From Thermoanaerobaculia bacterium (lineage in GTDB: Bacteria; Acidobacteriota; Thermoanaerobaculia; UBA5066): a DNA stretch of 64,000 nt. The notes beneath the pieces are model-generated. The model had not been told where the DNA came from. It saw only the letters and a list, made by a program, of their open reading frames with translations, and made no database searches. The DNA lies in contig JBBRRY010000020.1 of the NCBI GenBank assembly GCA_038245905.1, positions 1-64,000 of the forward strand, in the 5' to 3' direction. Below, piece after piece: positions 19,747 to 29,964 of this stretch. A program made the position numbers and the translations under genes. How positions within the stretch are numbered: the stretch's first letter is position 1; every line of letters starts with the position of its first letter.

Positions 19747-22355
19747 GTTGGTTCTTTTCCTTTCCGGTGCTTGCTGATGATCTCCCGATATCGGGGGTTT
19801 GCGCGGAGCGAGGTGAATTCCGGTTCGGTCTCGATCTCGTTCGGTCCAAGGCCGTGACCGAGCGCACGCTCGAGGGCGTCGAGCGCGCGGCTCGTCTTGC
19901 CGGCCCGGGCGAAGACGATTGCCGACGATTGAAGGACGAGGATGTTTTCGGGCTCGAGAGCGAGAGCCTTCTGAATGGCCGCGAGACCGGACTCCGCTTT
20001 CGAGGTCCTCGCGAGGGCGACGCCGATGACGGCCTGGGCCTCGCCGTTCCGCGGATTGACGCGAAGAGCTTCCGTGGCGAGGCGGACCGCCTCGTCGTAT
20101 TCGTGCGTTGCGTGGTCCAATTCGCCGGGAATTCGCGAGAGGACGTCGGCGAAAGCCTTGTGGTTCCAGAAGTCGAGAGGGTCGATCTCGGCGGCGCGTG
20201 AGAGCTCCCGCGCCGATTCTGGGTACCGCCCCTGCATGTAGTAGAGCGTGCCGAGATTCGAGAACGCCAGCGCCTGCGGAGCGATTTCGGCCGAACGCAT
20301 GAGCGCGGTTTCGGCCTGCGGATAGTCCTCCATCCGGAGATACGCCGCGCCGAGGTTGGAGTAAAGGCGCGCGACGCCAGGATTCAGCTCGATTCCCTTC
20401 CGATAGGCGTGCGCCGCCTCCGAATAGCGATGCGTGCCGAAGTAGAAGTACCCGAGCCCGCTATATGCGCTCCACGCTCGAGGCCGGAGCTGGACAACGC
20501 GCTGAAACGCCTTTTCGGCCTCGCCGTGCCGGCCGGATTTCATGAGCGAGAGTGCGAGGACACGCAGCGTGTCGGCGTCGTCAGGCCTCTGCAGGAGGAC
20601 CTTTTGGAAGACCTTGATTCCGGCCTCGGTCTCGCCGGTCGCGGTCAGGACCCGGCCCAGTGTGACCTGCGCCTCGGGGAGATTCGCGTCGAGAGCTATG
20701 GCGCGCTCCGCCGCCTTCCTCGCGAGCTCGGCCAGCGTGACGTCCTTCGAGAGGTCGTACGACGCAAGGTAGGCGCGCCCGAGCGCAGCCTCGACGAGCG
20801 CTGATTTCTCCGCGTCCGTGAGCTTCGTGAGGAGAGCGACCGCCTTCTCGACCGAATCCTTGTCGTCATAACGCTCGAGATATCCGAGCGCGACCGTGTA
20901 ATCGGTCTGCGCGGGGCCGGGCGCGAGGGCGGGACGTGCGGGCGCGGGGAGGGAGGTACCGCTCGCGAGATGGACGCGCAGCGCTGCGACGAGCTTCTGT
21001 GTCAGCTCGTCCTCGAGCCGGAAGTGTTCGGTCGCGGGACCGGTCACCTCGCCGGCGGCCATCTGGACGGGGGAGCCGGCGAGGAGCAAGGAGTACGACA
21101 GCTGCCTGGTGTCGCCCAGCTGCCGGACGGCAGGCTGGACGAGGAGGTTGGCTCCCGTATCGCGCGCCCATTTGGCAAGGTCGGTCTCGTGCATCATGGC
21201 TGGACCGGAGGAATGCATGACGGCGAGGCCCGGAACGCTCTGGAGCTTCACGCTGAGGCTGACGGACACGCCATCGCATAGCTGCCGGCCGTCCGGCCGT
21301 CCGGTGAGGTCGATAGCCGGGAGAATGGCGAGGAGCTTCGAGGCCGGGAGCGCGGTGGTGTCCCTCCCGCGAAACGAGACGTAGCCGAGGACGGCGATCA
21401 CAGCGGCGAGGAGAACCCCGGCGCCCACCCAGACGCGCGGCGCGCGCGGGATCCGGACCGTCACGGCCCCAAGGCTTCGTGAGGCGACGTTGCTCGTTCC
21501 CCCGGCGACGAGGTCCAGCTGCTGCTTCACGTACGTCATGTCGGGGGCGCGCCTGTCGATGTCCTTACTCAGGCACTCCTCGAGAAGAGAGCGGATCGGA
21601 CGCGGCGTTTCCTTCGGGAGCGCCTTCCATTCGGGCGTGTGCTTGAGGATGGCGACGAGGATGTCGGTCTGGGACTCGCCCGAGAACGTCTTGCTCCCTG
21701 CGAGCATCTCGTAGAAAAGACAGCCGAACGACCAGATATCGCTCCGGCGGTCGAGGCTCTGGCCGCGCGCCTGCTCGGGGCTCATGTAGGAGACCGTGCC
21801 GAGCACCGTTCCCTCCCGCGTGGCGTCGGCGCCGAGCGTGGGGGACCTGGAATCGTCAGAGGCGTTGTTTCCGGAAGCGAAAATCTTGGCGAGGCCGAAA
21901 TCGAGGAGCTTCACCTGTCCGTCGGGCGTGACCTTCACGTTCGCGGGCTTGAGGTCGCGGTGGAGAATTCCCTTCGCGTGGGCCACGTCGAGGGCCTCGG
22001 CGACCTGCCGGGCGATCGCGAGAGCTCGCGGAAACGGAAGCGGCCTTTCGACGAGAAGCTCCTTGATGGTGTCGCCCGGCACCATCTCCATGACGAGAAG
22101 CTGAACGTCATCGACTCTCTCGAAGCTGTGGATCGCCGCGATATTCGTATGGTTCAAGGCAGCAAGAAGCTGGGCCTCGCGCTGGAAACGGACGATCACT
22201 TCGCGATCGCCGGCGACGGTTTCCGGCAGGACCTTCAGGGCGACTTCGCGCCCGAGCCGCGTGTCGCGCGCCCGCCAGACCTCGCCCATGCCGCCGACGC
22301 CGAGCGGCGCGAGAATCTCGTACGGGCCGAGCATCGTGCCGGGTGCGAGGGTCAT
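19743..22355 (-). CDS. Ser/Thr kinase - TM - TolB-N-like - TPR protein
   Basis: [27 protein letters not shown]; TM; LAILP..DL motif; multiple TPRs (YSNLG, FSNLG). Confidence 0.93.
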   Translation of the reverse strand: MTLAPGTMLGPYEILAPLGVGGMGEVWRARDTRLGREVALKVLPETVAGDREVIVRFQREAQLLAALNHTNIAAIHSFERVDDVQLLVMEMVPGDTIKELLVERPLPFPRALAIARQVAEALDVAHAKGILHRDLKPANVKVTPDGQVKLLDFGLAKIFASGNNASDDSRSPTLGADATREGTVLGTVSYMSPEQARGQSLDRRSDIWSFGCLFYEMLAGSKTFSGESQTDILVAILKHTPEWKALPKETPRPIRSLLEECLSKDIDRRAPDMTYVKQQLDLVAGGTSNVASRSLGAVTVRIPRAPRVWVGAGVLLAAVIAVLGYVSFRGRDTTALPASKLLAILPAIDLTGRPDGRQLCDGVSVSLSVKLQSVPGLAVMHSSGPAMMHETDLAKWARDTGANLLVQPAVRQLGDTRQLSYSLLLAGSPVQMAAGEVTGPATEHFRLEDELTQKLVAALRVHLASGTSLPAPARPALAPGPAQTDYTVALGYLERYDDKDSVEKAVALLTKLTDAEKSALVEAALGRAYLASYDLSKDVTLAELARKAAERAIALDANLPEAQVTLGRVLTATGETEAGIKVFQKVLLQRPDDADTLRVLALSLMKSGRHGEAEKAFQRVVQLRPRAWSAYSGLGYFYFGTHRYSEAAHAYRKGIELNPGVARLYSNLGAAYLRMEDYPQAETALMRSAEIAPQALAFSNLGTLYYMQGRYPESARELSRAAEIDPLDFWNHKAFADVLSRIPGELDHATHEYDEAVRLATEALRVNPRNGEAQAVIGVALARTSKAESGLAAIQKALALEPENILVLQSSAIVFARAGKTSRALDALERALGHGLGPNEIETEPEFTSLRANPRYREIISKHRKGKEPT

Positions 22356-22569
22356 GAGTTGTCGACCGCGATTATGGCCGACCGGGCTTTGCGTCGGCGG
22401 GAAACAGAACGGCCATCGCGGGCCGCAGAGGTCAGAACACGAACATTCCCACCGCCGCGCCGGCCATCAGGAGGGTCGCGATTTTCATGTCCGACGAGCG
22501 CGAGTGGAGCCCGGTCTGGGTCTTCAATCCAGCGGCTTCCGGGGAACCGTCCCGCTCACGGGCGCCTTG

Positions 22570-22848
22570 TCACCTCCGCCGGGAGAGAAGGTGAATGATC
22601 GCCACGAAGAGGGCAGCACCGATGATGGACCAGAGAACGGGGAACGGATGCCCGCCAATGGTGACCATGAGGGGTTCCGGCAGCTTGAGAGCCCGAGCGA
22701 CCCACGGCCCGAGAAGAGCACCGATGAAACCAAGAGCGGTCGAGACGATCAGCCCGCCGGGAGCGCTCCCCGCGATGGCCTTTCCGATGGCGCCGCAAAC
22801 GGCCGCGATCACGATGAGGATCAGAAGGGCAGGTAGTGAAATTGTCAT
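22570..22848 (-). CDS. GlsB/YeaQ/YmgE transglycosylase-associated stress membrane protein
   Basis: Three TMs, GFIGALLG, WSIIGA. AAAGGA SD upstream. Confidence 0.85.
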   Translation of the reverse strand: MTISLPALLILIVIAAVCGAIGKAIAGSAPGGLIVSTALGFIGALLGPWVARALKLPEPLMVTIGGHPFPVLWSIIGAALFVAIIHLLSRRR

Positions 22849-22883
22849 GGCGGATTCCTTTCGCGTGCGCGTCGAGGAAGGCC

Positions 22884-22898
22884 GCAAGCCCTGTGCCA
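22884..22898 (-). promoter_or_regulatory. sigma-54 (-24/-12) promoter
   Basis: The minus strand reads TGGCAC-AGGGC-TTGC, an exact consensus, ~35 nt upstream of the GlsB-like ATG. Confidence 0.72.
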
Positions 22899-23143
22899 GC
22901 GTGACGCCACCGTCGCTTGGGGCCGAGGGAACGCCTTTCCGTTGGGAACGGGCCCCGGCACGACCCCGTTTTGCAACCCGCTGAAATCCTTACCGCATGG
23001 ACGAATCGTCGAACGTTCAGGCATAGACTGACCGCAGCATCAATGAGAATGAGAAGCTCCCACGGGACCAACTCCCGAAACACCGGTCATGGGCCGCTCC
23101 TCTGAAGCTCGCTGCTTGGATCGTCGCCCGCACGCCCCTCGCC

Positions 23144-23974
23144 GTGGCGGCGGGAGTCTCGACAGGGGCCGCATGGCTCTGGTGGCTCCTCGTCCCGATC
23201 CGGCGGCGCCTCGCCATCCTCAACTTCCGTGGCGCCTTCCCGGGCGTCCCGCCGGGCGTCCCGCTCCGCCGGATGATGGCTGGCCTCGTCCTCGGCTATT
23301 TCGAGCTGCTGCACGAGGAGAGGGTTCCCGGGAGCGTCGACCTCTCGATCGAGGGAGCCGGGCCGATTGCCGAGCGCGGGAAGGCGGGAAAGGGGACCCT
23401 CGTTTTCGCCGGCCACCTTGGCTCCTGGGACCTCGTCGGACCGCTCCTGGCGCGCCGAACCGGGATCAAGGCGACGGTGGTCGTGAAGATCCCGCGGTCG
23501 AAATCAGTTGCCGCTCTCATCGAACGCGTCCGGGCCGCATACGGGCTCAGCCTCCTTCCGAACAAGACCGGTTCGATGCCGCGCGTTTTCGAGCTTCTCG
23601 AGGAGGGGCACCTCGTCGTCTTCGTCATCGACCAGAGGCTCGCGCGCGGCGTCGCCGTCCCCTTCTTCGGCCGTCCCGCCCTGACGGCCCCGGCGATCGC
23701 CGTCGCAGCGGCGAGAACCTCCATCCCCGTCCATTTCCTCGAGTACTGGCGGGAAGGGACCGGGAGGCACCAGGCGGTCTTCTCCGCGCCTCTCCCGGTG
23801 ACGGGGAGAGCGGAGGATGACGTCGCCGCCTTCACCGCGAGGATCGAGGAGGCCGTGAGACGGCGGCCGCACAATTGGCTCTGGCTCCACGACCGCTGGA
23901 AAGGAGCGCCCGCAGCCGCAACTCCCTTACAGCCAGAGGAACGCCATCGCAACGATCATGTAGACGACGAGTAG
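23144..23974 (+). CDS. lysophospholipid / lipid A acyltransferase (LpxL/HtrB family)
   Basis: GHLGSWD, VIDQ, VPFFGRPA, IEEAVRRRPHNWLWLHDRWK. Start uncertain. Confidence 0.88.
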   Translation: MAAGVSTGAAWLWWLLVPIRRRLAILNFRGAFPGVPPGVPLRRMMAGLVLGYFELLHEERVPGSVDLSIEGAGPIAERGKAGKGTLVFAGHLGSWDLVGPLLARRTGIKATVVVKIPRSKSVAALIERVRAAYGLSLLPNKTGSMPRVFELLEEGHLVVFVIDQRLARGVAVPFFGRPALTAPAIAVAAARTSIPVHFLEYWREGTGRHQAVFSAPLPVTGRAEDDVAAFTARIEEAVRRRPHNWLWLHDRWKGAPAAATPLQPEERHRNDHVDDE

Positions 23975-25009
23975 CTGCGCGCCTTCGAGCCAGTTCGACT
24001 CGCCGTCGGCGGCGATCTGGCCCGCGATGAGCACCGAGACTCCGAGAACGGCGACCTCGAACGGGTTGAAAAAAAGCGTCATCTTCCGCCCGAAGAGCAG
24101 CGACACGAACACGAGAAGCGGCGCGACGAAGAGCGCGATCTGCTGGCTGGAGCCGAGCGAAATCGCGAGAGACAGCTCCATCCGGTTTCGCGCGGCGGCC
24201 GAGACGGAGACGAGGTGCTCGGCTACGTTGCCGACGAGCGGGATGAGGACGATGCCGAGGAAGACCTCCGAGACGCCCGTGCGCCGAACGACGGGTTCGA
24301 TCGCGCCGACGAGAAGCTCGGAGAGGACGACGGTCGCGAGCGTCGACCCGACGAGGACGCCCACCGCCTTGCGAATGCTCCACGCGCCTTCGGGCGCCTC
24401 TCCATACGTCACGCCGACCTCGGGCGCGATCCCGCGCGAGGGCGTCGTCAGAGAGAAGACGAGCGAGAGGACGTAGACGACGATTAGCACACCGGCGATC
24501 CCGAGAGACAGTTTGTCGAGGAGCGGGTCGGGCGACTCGGACAGGAGCGGCAGATGGTGCTGCAGCTTGTGGACGATCTCGAAGAGGGTCGGGATGAGGA
24601 GGCCGATGACGGAGAGCAGCATCATCGTCGAGGCCGTTCCCGCGGCCCGCGGGTCGAAGCGCTGGAGCCCGTTCTTCAGGCCGCCGACGAGAAGCGACAG
24701 GCCGAGAATGAGAAGGAGGTTCCCGAGGATCGAGCCCACGATCGACGCCTTCACGAGCTCGATCCTCCCGGCCCGGAGAGCGACGATCGTGATGATGAGC
24801 TCGGCCGCGTTGCCGAGCGTCGCGTTCAGGAGGCCGCCCACGCGCTCGCCCGTGCGATGCGCGAGCTGCTCCGTCGCCTCGCCCATCGCGCCCGCGAGAG
24901 GGAGGAGGCCGAGGCACGCGAACACGAAGACGAGAGCGGGCTCGTGGAAGAGCCACTCGGCGGCGAGCGCGAGCGGGACGAACACGAGGAAAAAACGGAG
25001 GATCCTCAC
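23927..25009 (-). CDS. cax: Ca2+/H+ exchanger (CAX)
   Basis: [47 protein letters not shown]. Confidence 0.93.
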   Translation of the reverse strand: MRILRFFLVFVPLALAAEWLFHEPALVFVFACLGLLPLAGAMGEATEQLAHRTGERVGGLLNATLGNAAELIITIVALRAGRIELVKASIVGSILGNLLLILGLSLLVGGLKNGLQRFDPRAAGTASTMMLLSVIGLLIPTLFEIVHKLQHHLPLLSESPDPLLDKLSLGIAGVLIVVYVLSLVFSLTTPSRGIAPEVGVTYGEAPEGAWSIRKAVGVLVGSTLATVVLSELLVGAIEPVVRRTGVSEVFLGIVLIPLVGNVAEHLVSVSAAARNRMELSLAISLGSSQQIALFVAPLLVFVSLLFGRKMTLFFNPFEVAVLGVSVLIAGQIAADGESNWLEGAQLLVVYMIVAMAFLWL

Positions 25010-25136
25010 GTCCGGCGATTCTAAAGGGACGGCCGGAACGCGGCGGATTCACTCCCGCGGGCGCTTTGCCTGCTGCCGACGGTTTCCCCTATCATCCGCC
25101 CTCGCTTGCGCGGGCAAGCGAGAAAGCGGGGCCTTC

Positions 25137-25544
25137 ATGCTCAAGGAGTTCAAGGAATTTATCAGCAAGGGCAACGTGCTCGATCTGGCCGTCGGCGTCA
25201 TCATCGGCGCGGCGTTTGGGAAGATCGTCGCGTCGTTCACGAGCGACATCCTGATGCCGCCGATCGGCCTCCTGATGGGGAAGGTCGACTTCTCGAGCCT
25301 TTTCATCAACCTGTCCGGAAAGCCGGCCGAGACACTCGCGGCCGCGAAGGCGGCGGGAATCCCGACGATCAATTACGGCCTTTTCTTCAACACGATCATC
25401 GACTTTCTGATCGTGGGCTTCGTGATCTTCCTCGTCGTGAAGCAGGCGAACCGCATGAAGAAGGAAGTGCCCGCCCCGGCCCCCGCCGGACCGACGAAAG
25501 ACCAGCAGCTTCTCACCGAGATCCGGGACCTTCTCCGGAAGTGA
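25137..25544 (+). CDS. mscL: large-conductance mechanosensitive channel
   Basis: [31 protein letters not shown]...LLTEIRDLL. Confidence 0.97.
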   Translation: MLKEFKEFISKGNVLDLAVGVIIGAAFGKIVASFTSDILMPPIGLLMGKVDFSSLFINLSGKPAETLAAAKAAGIPTINYGLFFNTIIDFLIVGFVIFLVVKQANRMKKEVPAPAPAGPTKDQQLLTEIRDLLRK

Positions 25545-26335
25545 TGCAGGAATCCCCGATGACCCGAAAATCCCTCGCCACTTTCGCGCTTGTTCTCCTC
25601 GTCGCAGCCGTGCCGGTGTTCGCCCAGGACGCCGCGCCGGCGAGGCCGATGTGCCCGTGCCCTCCGCCGGACCCGCCACCGCCGGCGCTCCAGGGATCGC
25701 TCAGCGCCGGCCTCGCGCTCACGACCGGCAACACAGACACGAGCAGCTTCAACCTCGGGTTCAACATGGTGTACGACCCGAAAACGCACAGCCTTTTCAA
25801 GGCCGACCTGTTCTACCTGCGTTCCGCGAGTGACGGCGTCGCCACGACGGACAAGGCAGGCGCGAACCTTCGCTACGAGTACAAGCTCACAGAGCGCTTC
25901 TACGCCTTCGCCCAGGTCGGCTACCAGCGAGACCGGTTCAAGAACATCACCTACCTCGTCACTCCGATGCTGGGCGGCGGGTACTACGTGGTGAAGGAGA
26001 AGACCCTCGAGCTGACCGTCGATGCCTCCATCGGCGGGGCGTTCGAGAAAGACAGCGGCTTCGACGCCACATCGAGTGGGGCGTTCGCCGTGGGCCAGGG
26101 CTTCGTCTGGAAGATCTCGCCGGCCGCGACCTTCACCGAGAAGGCGACGGGCCTCTGGAAGATGAACGACACCTCCGACTCGTTCTACCATTTCGAGGTG
26201 GGGCTCTCGGCGTCGCTCGTCAAGAATTTCGAGCTGAAGGTCGCGTACCTCGTCGACTACAAGAATCTGCCCAACCCGCCCACGCTCAGGAAGACCGACA
26301 CGGCGCTCATCGCGTCGATCGTTTACAAGTTCTAG
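25544..26335 (+). CDS. DUF481/YdiY-like outer-membrane beta-barrel
   Basis: Signal peptide, TTGNTDT, RDRFKNI, KTDT..IVYKF terminal Phe. Start overlaps the mscL stop (alternative start 25559). Confidence 0.85.
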   Translation: MQESPMTRKSLATFALVLLVAAVPVFAQDAAPARPMCPCPPPDPPPPALQGSLSAGLALTTGNTDTSSFNLGFNMVYDPKTHSLFKADLFYLRSASDGVATTDKAGANLRYEYKLTERFYAFAQVGYQRDRFKNITYLVTPMLGGGYYVVKEKTLELTVDASIGGAFEKDSGFDATSSGAFAVGQGFVWKISPAATFTEKATGLWKMNDTSDSFYHFEVGLSASLVKNFELKVAYLVDYKNLPNPPTLRKTDTALIASIVYKF

Positions 26336-26412
26336 CATCCCCTCCCGTCATCCTGCCTGAAAGGGGTGAGGGAACGACCCCCGGGCGTTAGAATCGTGGA
26401 AAAGGTGGGGTC

Positions 26413-27288
26413 ATGTCGCTTTTCGTGAAGTTCAACCTGATACTGATTCTCGTTTTCGCCGTGGCCCTGGTGCCAGCCGGCTATATTTCGAACAGCCTGC
26501 TCCAGAAGAACGCGCGCACGCAGATCGTGCAGATCGCGAGGATCATGATGCAGAGCGCGCTCGCGACGCGGGGCTATACGAACAAGCAGATCAAGCCCCT
26601 CCTCGCGCCGCGGCTCGCCGACGAGTTCCTCCCGCAGTCGGTTCCGTCCTATTCGGCGACCGAGATCTTCAACAACCTCCGTGAGAGCAACCCCGATTAC
26701 ACCTATAAGGAGGCGGCTCTCAACCCGACGAACCCCCGCGACCGGACGGTCGAGTGGGAGGCGGACATCGTGAACGCGTTCCGCTCGAACGAAAAGCTCC
26801 CCGAGATCATCGGCGAGCGCAACGCGCCCCTCGGACGCGCGCTCTATCTCGCGCGGCCCATCAAGATCACCGACGCGGGCTGCCTCTCGTGCCACACGAC
26901 TCCCGAGATCGCGCCGGCCTCCGTCGTGAAGGCCTACGGAACGAGCGGCGGCTTCGGCTGGAAGCTGAACGAGATCATCGGCGCGCAGATCGTCTCCGTG
27001 CCGATGGCCGTTCCGATCGGCCTCGCGAACACCGCTTTCAAGACGCTCATGGGGTCGCTGATCGCCGTCTTCGTGAGCATTCTCGTCGTCCTGAACGTCC
27101 TCCTCATGCTCGTCGTCATCCGGCCCATCAAGCGCCTGTCCGAAATGGCCGACCAGGTGTCGACCGGAAACCTCGACGTGCCCGACGTGACGGTGAAGGG
27201 CACGGACGAGGTCGCCGTGCTCTCTGGCTCGTTCAATCGGATGCGCATCAGTCTGACGAAGGCCCTGAAGATGCTCGAGTCCGAGTAA
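26413..27288 (+). CDS. DUF3365 c-type heme-binding membrane sensor with HAMP domain and no output domain
   Basis: TM1, LNPTNPRDR..WE, CLSCH (CxxCH), GFGWKLNEIIGAQ, TM2, HAMP (PIKRL...DEVAVL..SFNRMR), then stop. Confidence 0.88.
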   Translation: MSLFVKFNLILILVFAVALVPAGYISNSLLQKNARTQIVQIARIMMQSALATRGYTNKQIKPLLAPRLADEFLPQSVPSYSATEIFNNLRESNPDYTYKEAALNPTNPRDRTVEWEADIVNAFRSNEKLPEIIGERNAPLGRALYLARPIKITDAGCLSCHTTPEIAPASVVKAYGTSGGFGWKLNEIIGAQIVSVPMAVPIGLANTAFKTLMGSLIAVFVSILVVLNVLLMLVVIRPIKRLSEMADQVSTGNLDVPDVTVKGTDEVAVLSGSFNRMRISLTKALKMLESE

Positions 27289-27304
27289 GGCGGGACCCGG
27301 TCGG

Positions 27305-28753
27305 ATGGCGGACTCAATTCCTCCCGGAACCCGCTTCGGCGACTACGAGATCCTCGAGGAGCTCGGCGCCGGCGGAATGGGAAAGGTCTATCGCGCGCGG
27401 GACCTCACGCTCGAGCGTGTCGTCGCCCTGAAGACGCTCGCCCACCAGTTCTCGTCAGACGCGAATTTCGTGCAGCGTTTCCTCAAGGAAGCCCGGGCGG
27501 CGGCCCGGCTGAACCAGCCGAATATCGTCCAGATCTACGACTTCGGCTGCGTCGACTCGGTCTACTACCTCGCGATGGAGTTCGTGGACGGGCACTCGCT
27601 GGGAACCTACCTGAAGCGCGGCCATTTCAGCGAGGCGGAGTCGATCCAGATCATCCGGCACGCGTGTCGTGCGCTCTCGGTCGCGCACGCCGACGGCATC
27701 GTCCACCGCGACATCAAACCCGACAACATGATGCTCACGAGCCGTGGCGACGTGAAGCTCGTGGACCTCGGGATTGCCAAGCGTATCGACGAGGATCAGT
27801 CCTTGACGCAGACGGGCCAGGCGATCGGCACGCCGCACTACATATCGCCGGAGCAGATCCGCGGGCAAAAGGATGTGGATGCGCGGGCGGACGTCTATTC
27901 GCTGGGCGCGACGCTCTACCACCTCGTGACCGGGCACACGCCTTACTCGGGAGCGTCCGGCCCCATCGTCATGTCGATGCACCTCGTCGAGCCTCTGCCT
28001 GACCCCCGCCGCTTCGAGGCGGGGCTTTCGGAGGGCATCTGCCGCGTCATCCGCAAGATGATGGCGAAGGATCGCGACCAGAGGTACGGCGACGTTTACG
28101 TGCTCGACCTCGACCTATACCGCCTGCAGTGCGGCGACATGCCGCAGCCCGACGAACAGCAAGGCACGGCGATGGAAGGGCCCGGCGTGATGCCCGCCTC
28201 CCCCGGATACGTTCCGGTGCCGGGCGGGACTTTCGACTCGGGAATCCTGAACCGCATCGAGGAGAACCTGGCGTCCGCCGTGGGACCGATGGCGAAGGTC
28301 CTTGTCCGGAAGGCCGCGCGGACGGCCCCGACACTCGAGGCGCTCTGCGGCACGCTTGCCGAGCAAGTCGCCGACACCGTCACGCGGGACAGGTTTCTCT
28401 CGAAGTGCCTTCTGGCCGCGCGGACGCCGACCGGTGCGAACCGGCCCGGCCGTACGACGCCGGCGCGCGCGAGCGAGGCGCGCACTGAGCTGCGGAGCGG
28501 GGACGGGCCGGTCGCCGGCTCTTCCCGGATGCCCGATTCGGCCGGCCGGACGCTCTTGATCTCCGAGGAGGACCTGCGCGCCGCCGAGACCGAGCTCGCG
28601 AAGCAGATCGGGCCGCTCGCGCGCGTCGTCGTGAAGCGTGCGGCGAAGGGTGCGGGAACGCTCGCCGATCTCATTGCAAAGCTGGAGCTCGACATCCCGA
28701 CCGACGAGAGCCGCCGCGCGTTCCGCGAGGCAATGCGAAAACGCCTGCGCTGA
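27305..28753 (+). CDS. cytoplasmic Ser/Thr kinase with two C-terminal helical repeats
   Basis: LGAGGMGKVY, HRDIKPDN, DLG, GTPHYISPEQ; repeats LA.(A/Q)(V/I)GP(M/L)A(K/R)V.V..AA; no TM. Confidence 0.92.
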   Translation: MADSIPPGTRFGDYEILEELGAGGMGKVYRARDLTLERVVALKTLAHQFSSDANFVQRFLKEARAAARLNQPNIVQIYDFGCVDSVYYLAMEFVDGHSLGTYLKRGHFSEAESIQIIRHACRALSVAHADGIVHRDIKPDNMMLTSRGDVKLVDLGIAKRIDEDQSLTQTGQAIGTPHYISPEQIRGQKDVDARADVYSLGATLYHLVTGHTPYSGASGPIVMSMHLVEPLPDPRRFEAGLSEGICRVIRKMMAKDRDQRYGDVYVLDLDLYRLQCGDMPQPDEQQGTAMEGPGVMPASPGYVPVPGGTFDSGILNRIEENLASAVGPMAKVLVRKAARTAPTLEALCGTLAEQVADTVTRDRFLSKCLLAARTPTGANRPGRTTPARASEARTELRSGDGPVAGSSRMPDSAGRTLLISEEDLRAAETELAKQIGPLARVVVKRAAKGAGTLADLIAKLELDIPTDESRRAFREAMRKRLR

Positions 28754-28793
28754 GCAGCTTGCGGCGGCCGGCGGATTCTTCTTGTACAAGGCT

Positions 28794-29873
28794 TCAGTCT
28801 TGCCGCGTCTTGCGTGGCAGATGGATGGTAGCGGTCGTGCCGCGGCCGGGCGCGCTCTTGATCCACAGGTAACCGCGGCTGTTCTTGACGATCCCGTAGG
28901 CGGTCGACAGCCCAAGACCGGTGCCTTCCCCGACGGGTTTCGTCGTGAAGAAGGGCTCGAAGGCCCTCGCGAGCGTCGCCGTGTCCATTCCCTGGCCCGT
29001 GTCCGAGACCGTGATCTCGGCATAGGGCCCCGGAGCCACCGGAACGCCCGAGATCCTCTCGCCGGCCTCCACGATGCGCGCGGCCGTGCAGAGAGAGAGG
29101 GTGCCCCCGGCGGGCATGGCGTCCGAAGCGTTCACGACGAGATTCAGGATCACTTGCCCGAGCTGGGCGTCGTCGGCAGCGACGAGCAAGGGCTCCTCGG
29201 CGAATTGCACGCGTACGGCGACCCGATCCTTCACGAGCCGGCGAATGAGCGGCTCGAGGTCGCCGAGGAACGCGTGGAGGTCGAGCGCCCGTGGATTCAC
29301 GACGGCGCTGCGGCCGAACGCGAGCAGGCGCGCGCTGAGGACCGCGGCTCTCTCCGCCGCCTTGACGATCTCCGCCGCGTCCGAGCGCGTGTCGGGATCG
29401 CGCGCCTTCTCCAGAACGAGCGTCGCGAAGCCGAGGATCGCCGTGAGCATGTTGCGAAGGTCGTGCGCCACCTCGGCGGCGTGGCGCCCGACCGCCTCCA
29501 TCTTGCGTCCTTCCGCGGCGGACACCTCCAGCTCCCCGACCCTCCGGTTGGCTGCGGCCAGGGATCGCTCGATCGCATGGCGGAGGCGAACCCCTCTCAG
29601 GAAGAGGAGGAACGGAGCGAGGCCCGCCGCCGCGCACGCAATCGAGACGAGAATGACGAGGTCGAGGACTCGAAGAGTCAGGAAACCGTCCTTTCCGGCA
29701 TTCAGCCGCCGAGGGGCCGGGTCGACCGGCTGGGGTCCGTCCCGTCGCCGGGAGCGGGTTCGTCGAGAGTGGTCAGTCCGAGAAGAGACAAAACGAGATC
29801 GATGAAGGTCGAAGCGTCCACGAGTTCCTCCTGTTGCCGCCCTTTCCGGGGCGGCTCGGGAGGCGGAACTCAC
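28794..29873 (-). CDS. sensor histidine kinase (HisKA + HATPase), single TM
   Basis: H-box VAHDLRNMLTAILG, N-box NLVVNASDAM, DTGQGM, FEPFFTTK..GTGLGLS. True start is probably near 29690. Confidence 0.88.
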   Translation of the reverse strand: MSSASRAAPERAATGGTRGRFDLHRSRFVSSRTDHSRRTRSRRRDGPQPVDPAPRRLNAGKDGFLTLRVLDLVILVSIACAAAGLAPFLLFLRGVRLRHAIERSLAAANRRVGELEVSAAEGRKMEAVGRHAAEVAHDLRNMLTAILGFATLVLEKARDPDTRSDAAEIVKAAERAAVLSARLLAFGRSAVVNPRALDLHAFLGDLEPLIRRLVKDRVAVRVQFAEEPLLVAADDAQLGQVILNLVVNASDAMPAGGTLSLCTAARIVEAGERISGVPVAPGPYAEITVSDTGQGMDTATLARAFEPFFTTKPVGEGTGLGLSTAYGIVKNSRGYLWIKSAPGRGTTATIHLPRKTRQD

Positions 29874-29964
29874 GAGCGCTCGGTCATCACCGCCTTACAT
29901 GGATAGAGACGGTTTTCAGGGGCGGTTTTCAACCACCCTCGAAAGAAAATTCAGAAATTTCGGA

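Noticed and set aside
22432-22527. Tiny minus-strand ORF ending MKIATLLMAGAAVGMFVF
   Set aside because: About 31 aa with no clear SD or recognisable family, so it cannot be supported.
23040-23056. AATGAGAATGAGAA as a Fur-like box
   Set aside because: Only a short tandem hexamer without the palindromic half, and no iron-related gene is adjacent.
23927-23974. 48-nt convergent overlap of the acyltransferase and cax
   Set aside because: The overlap lies in a low-complexity tail after the last motif; such overlaps are common in GC-rich genomes.
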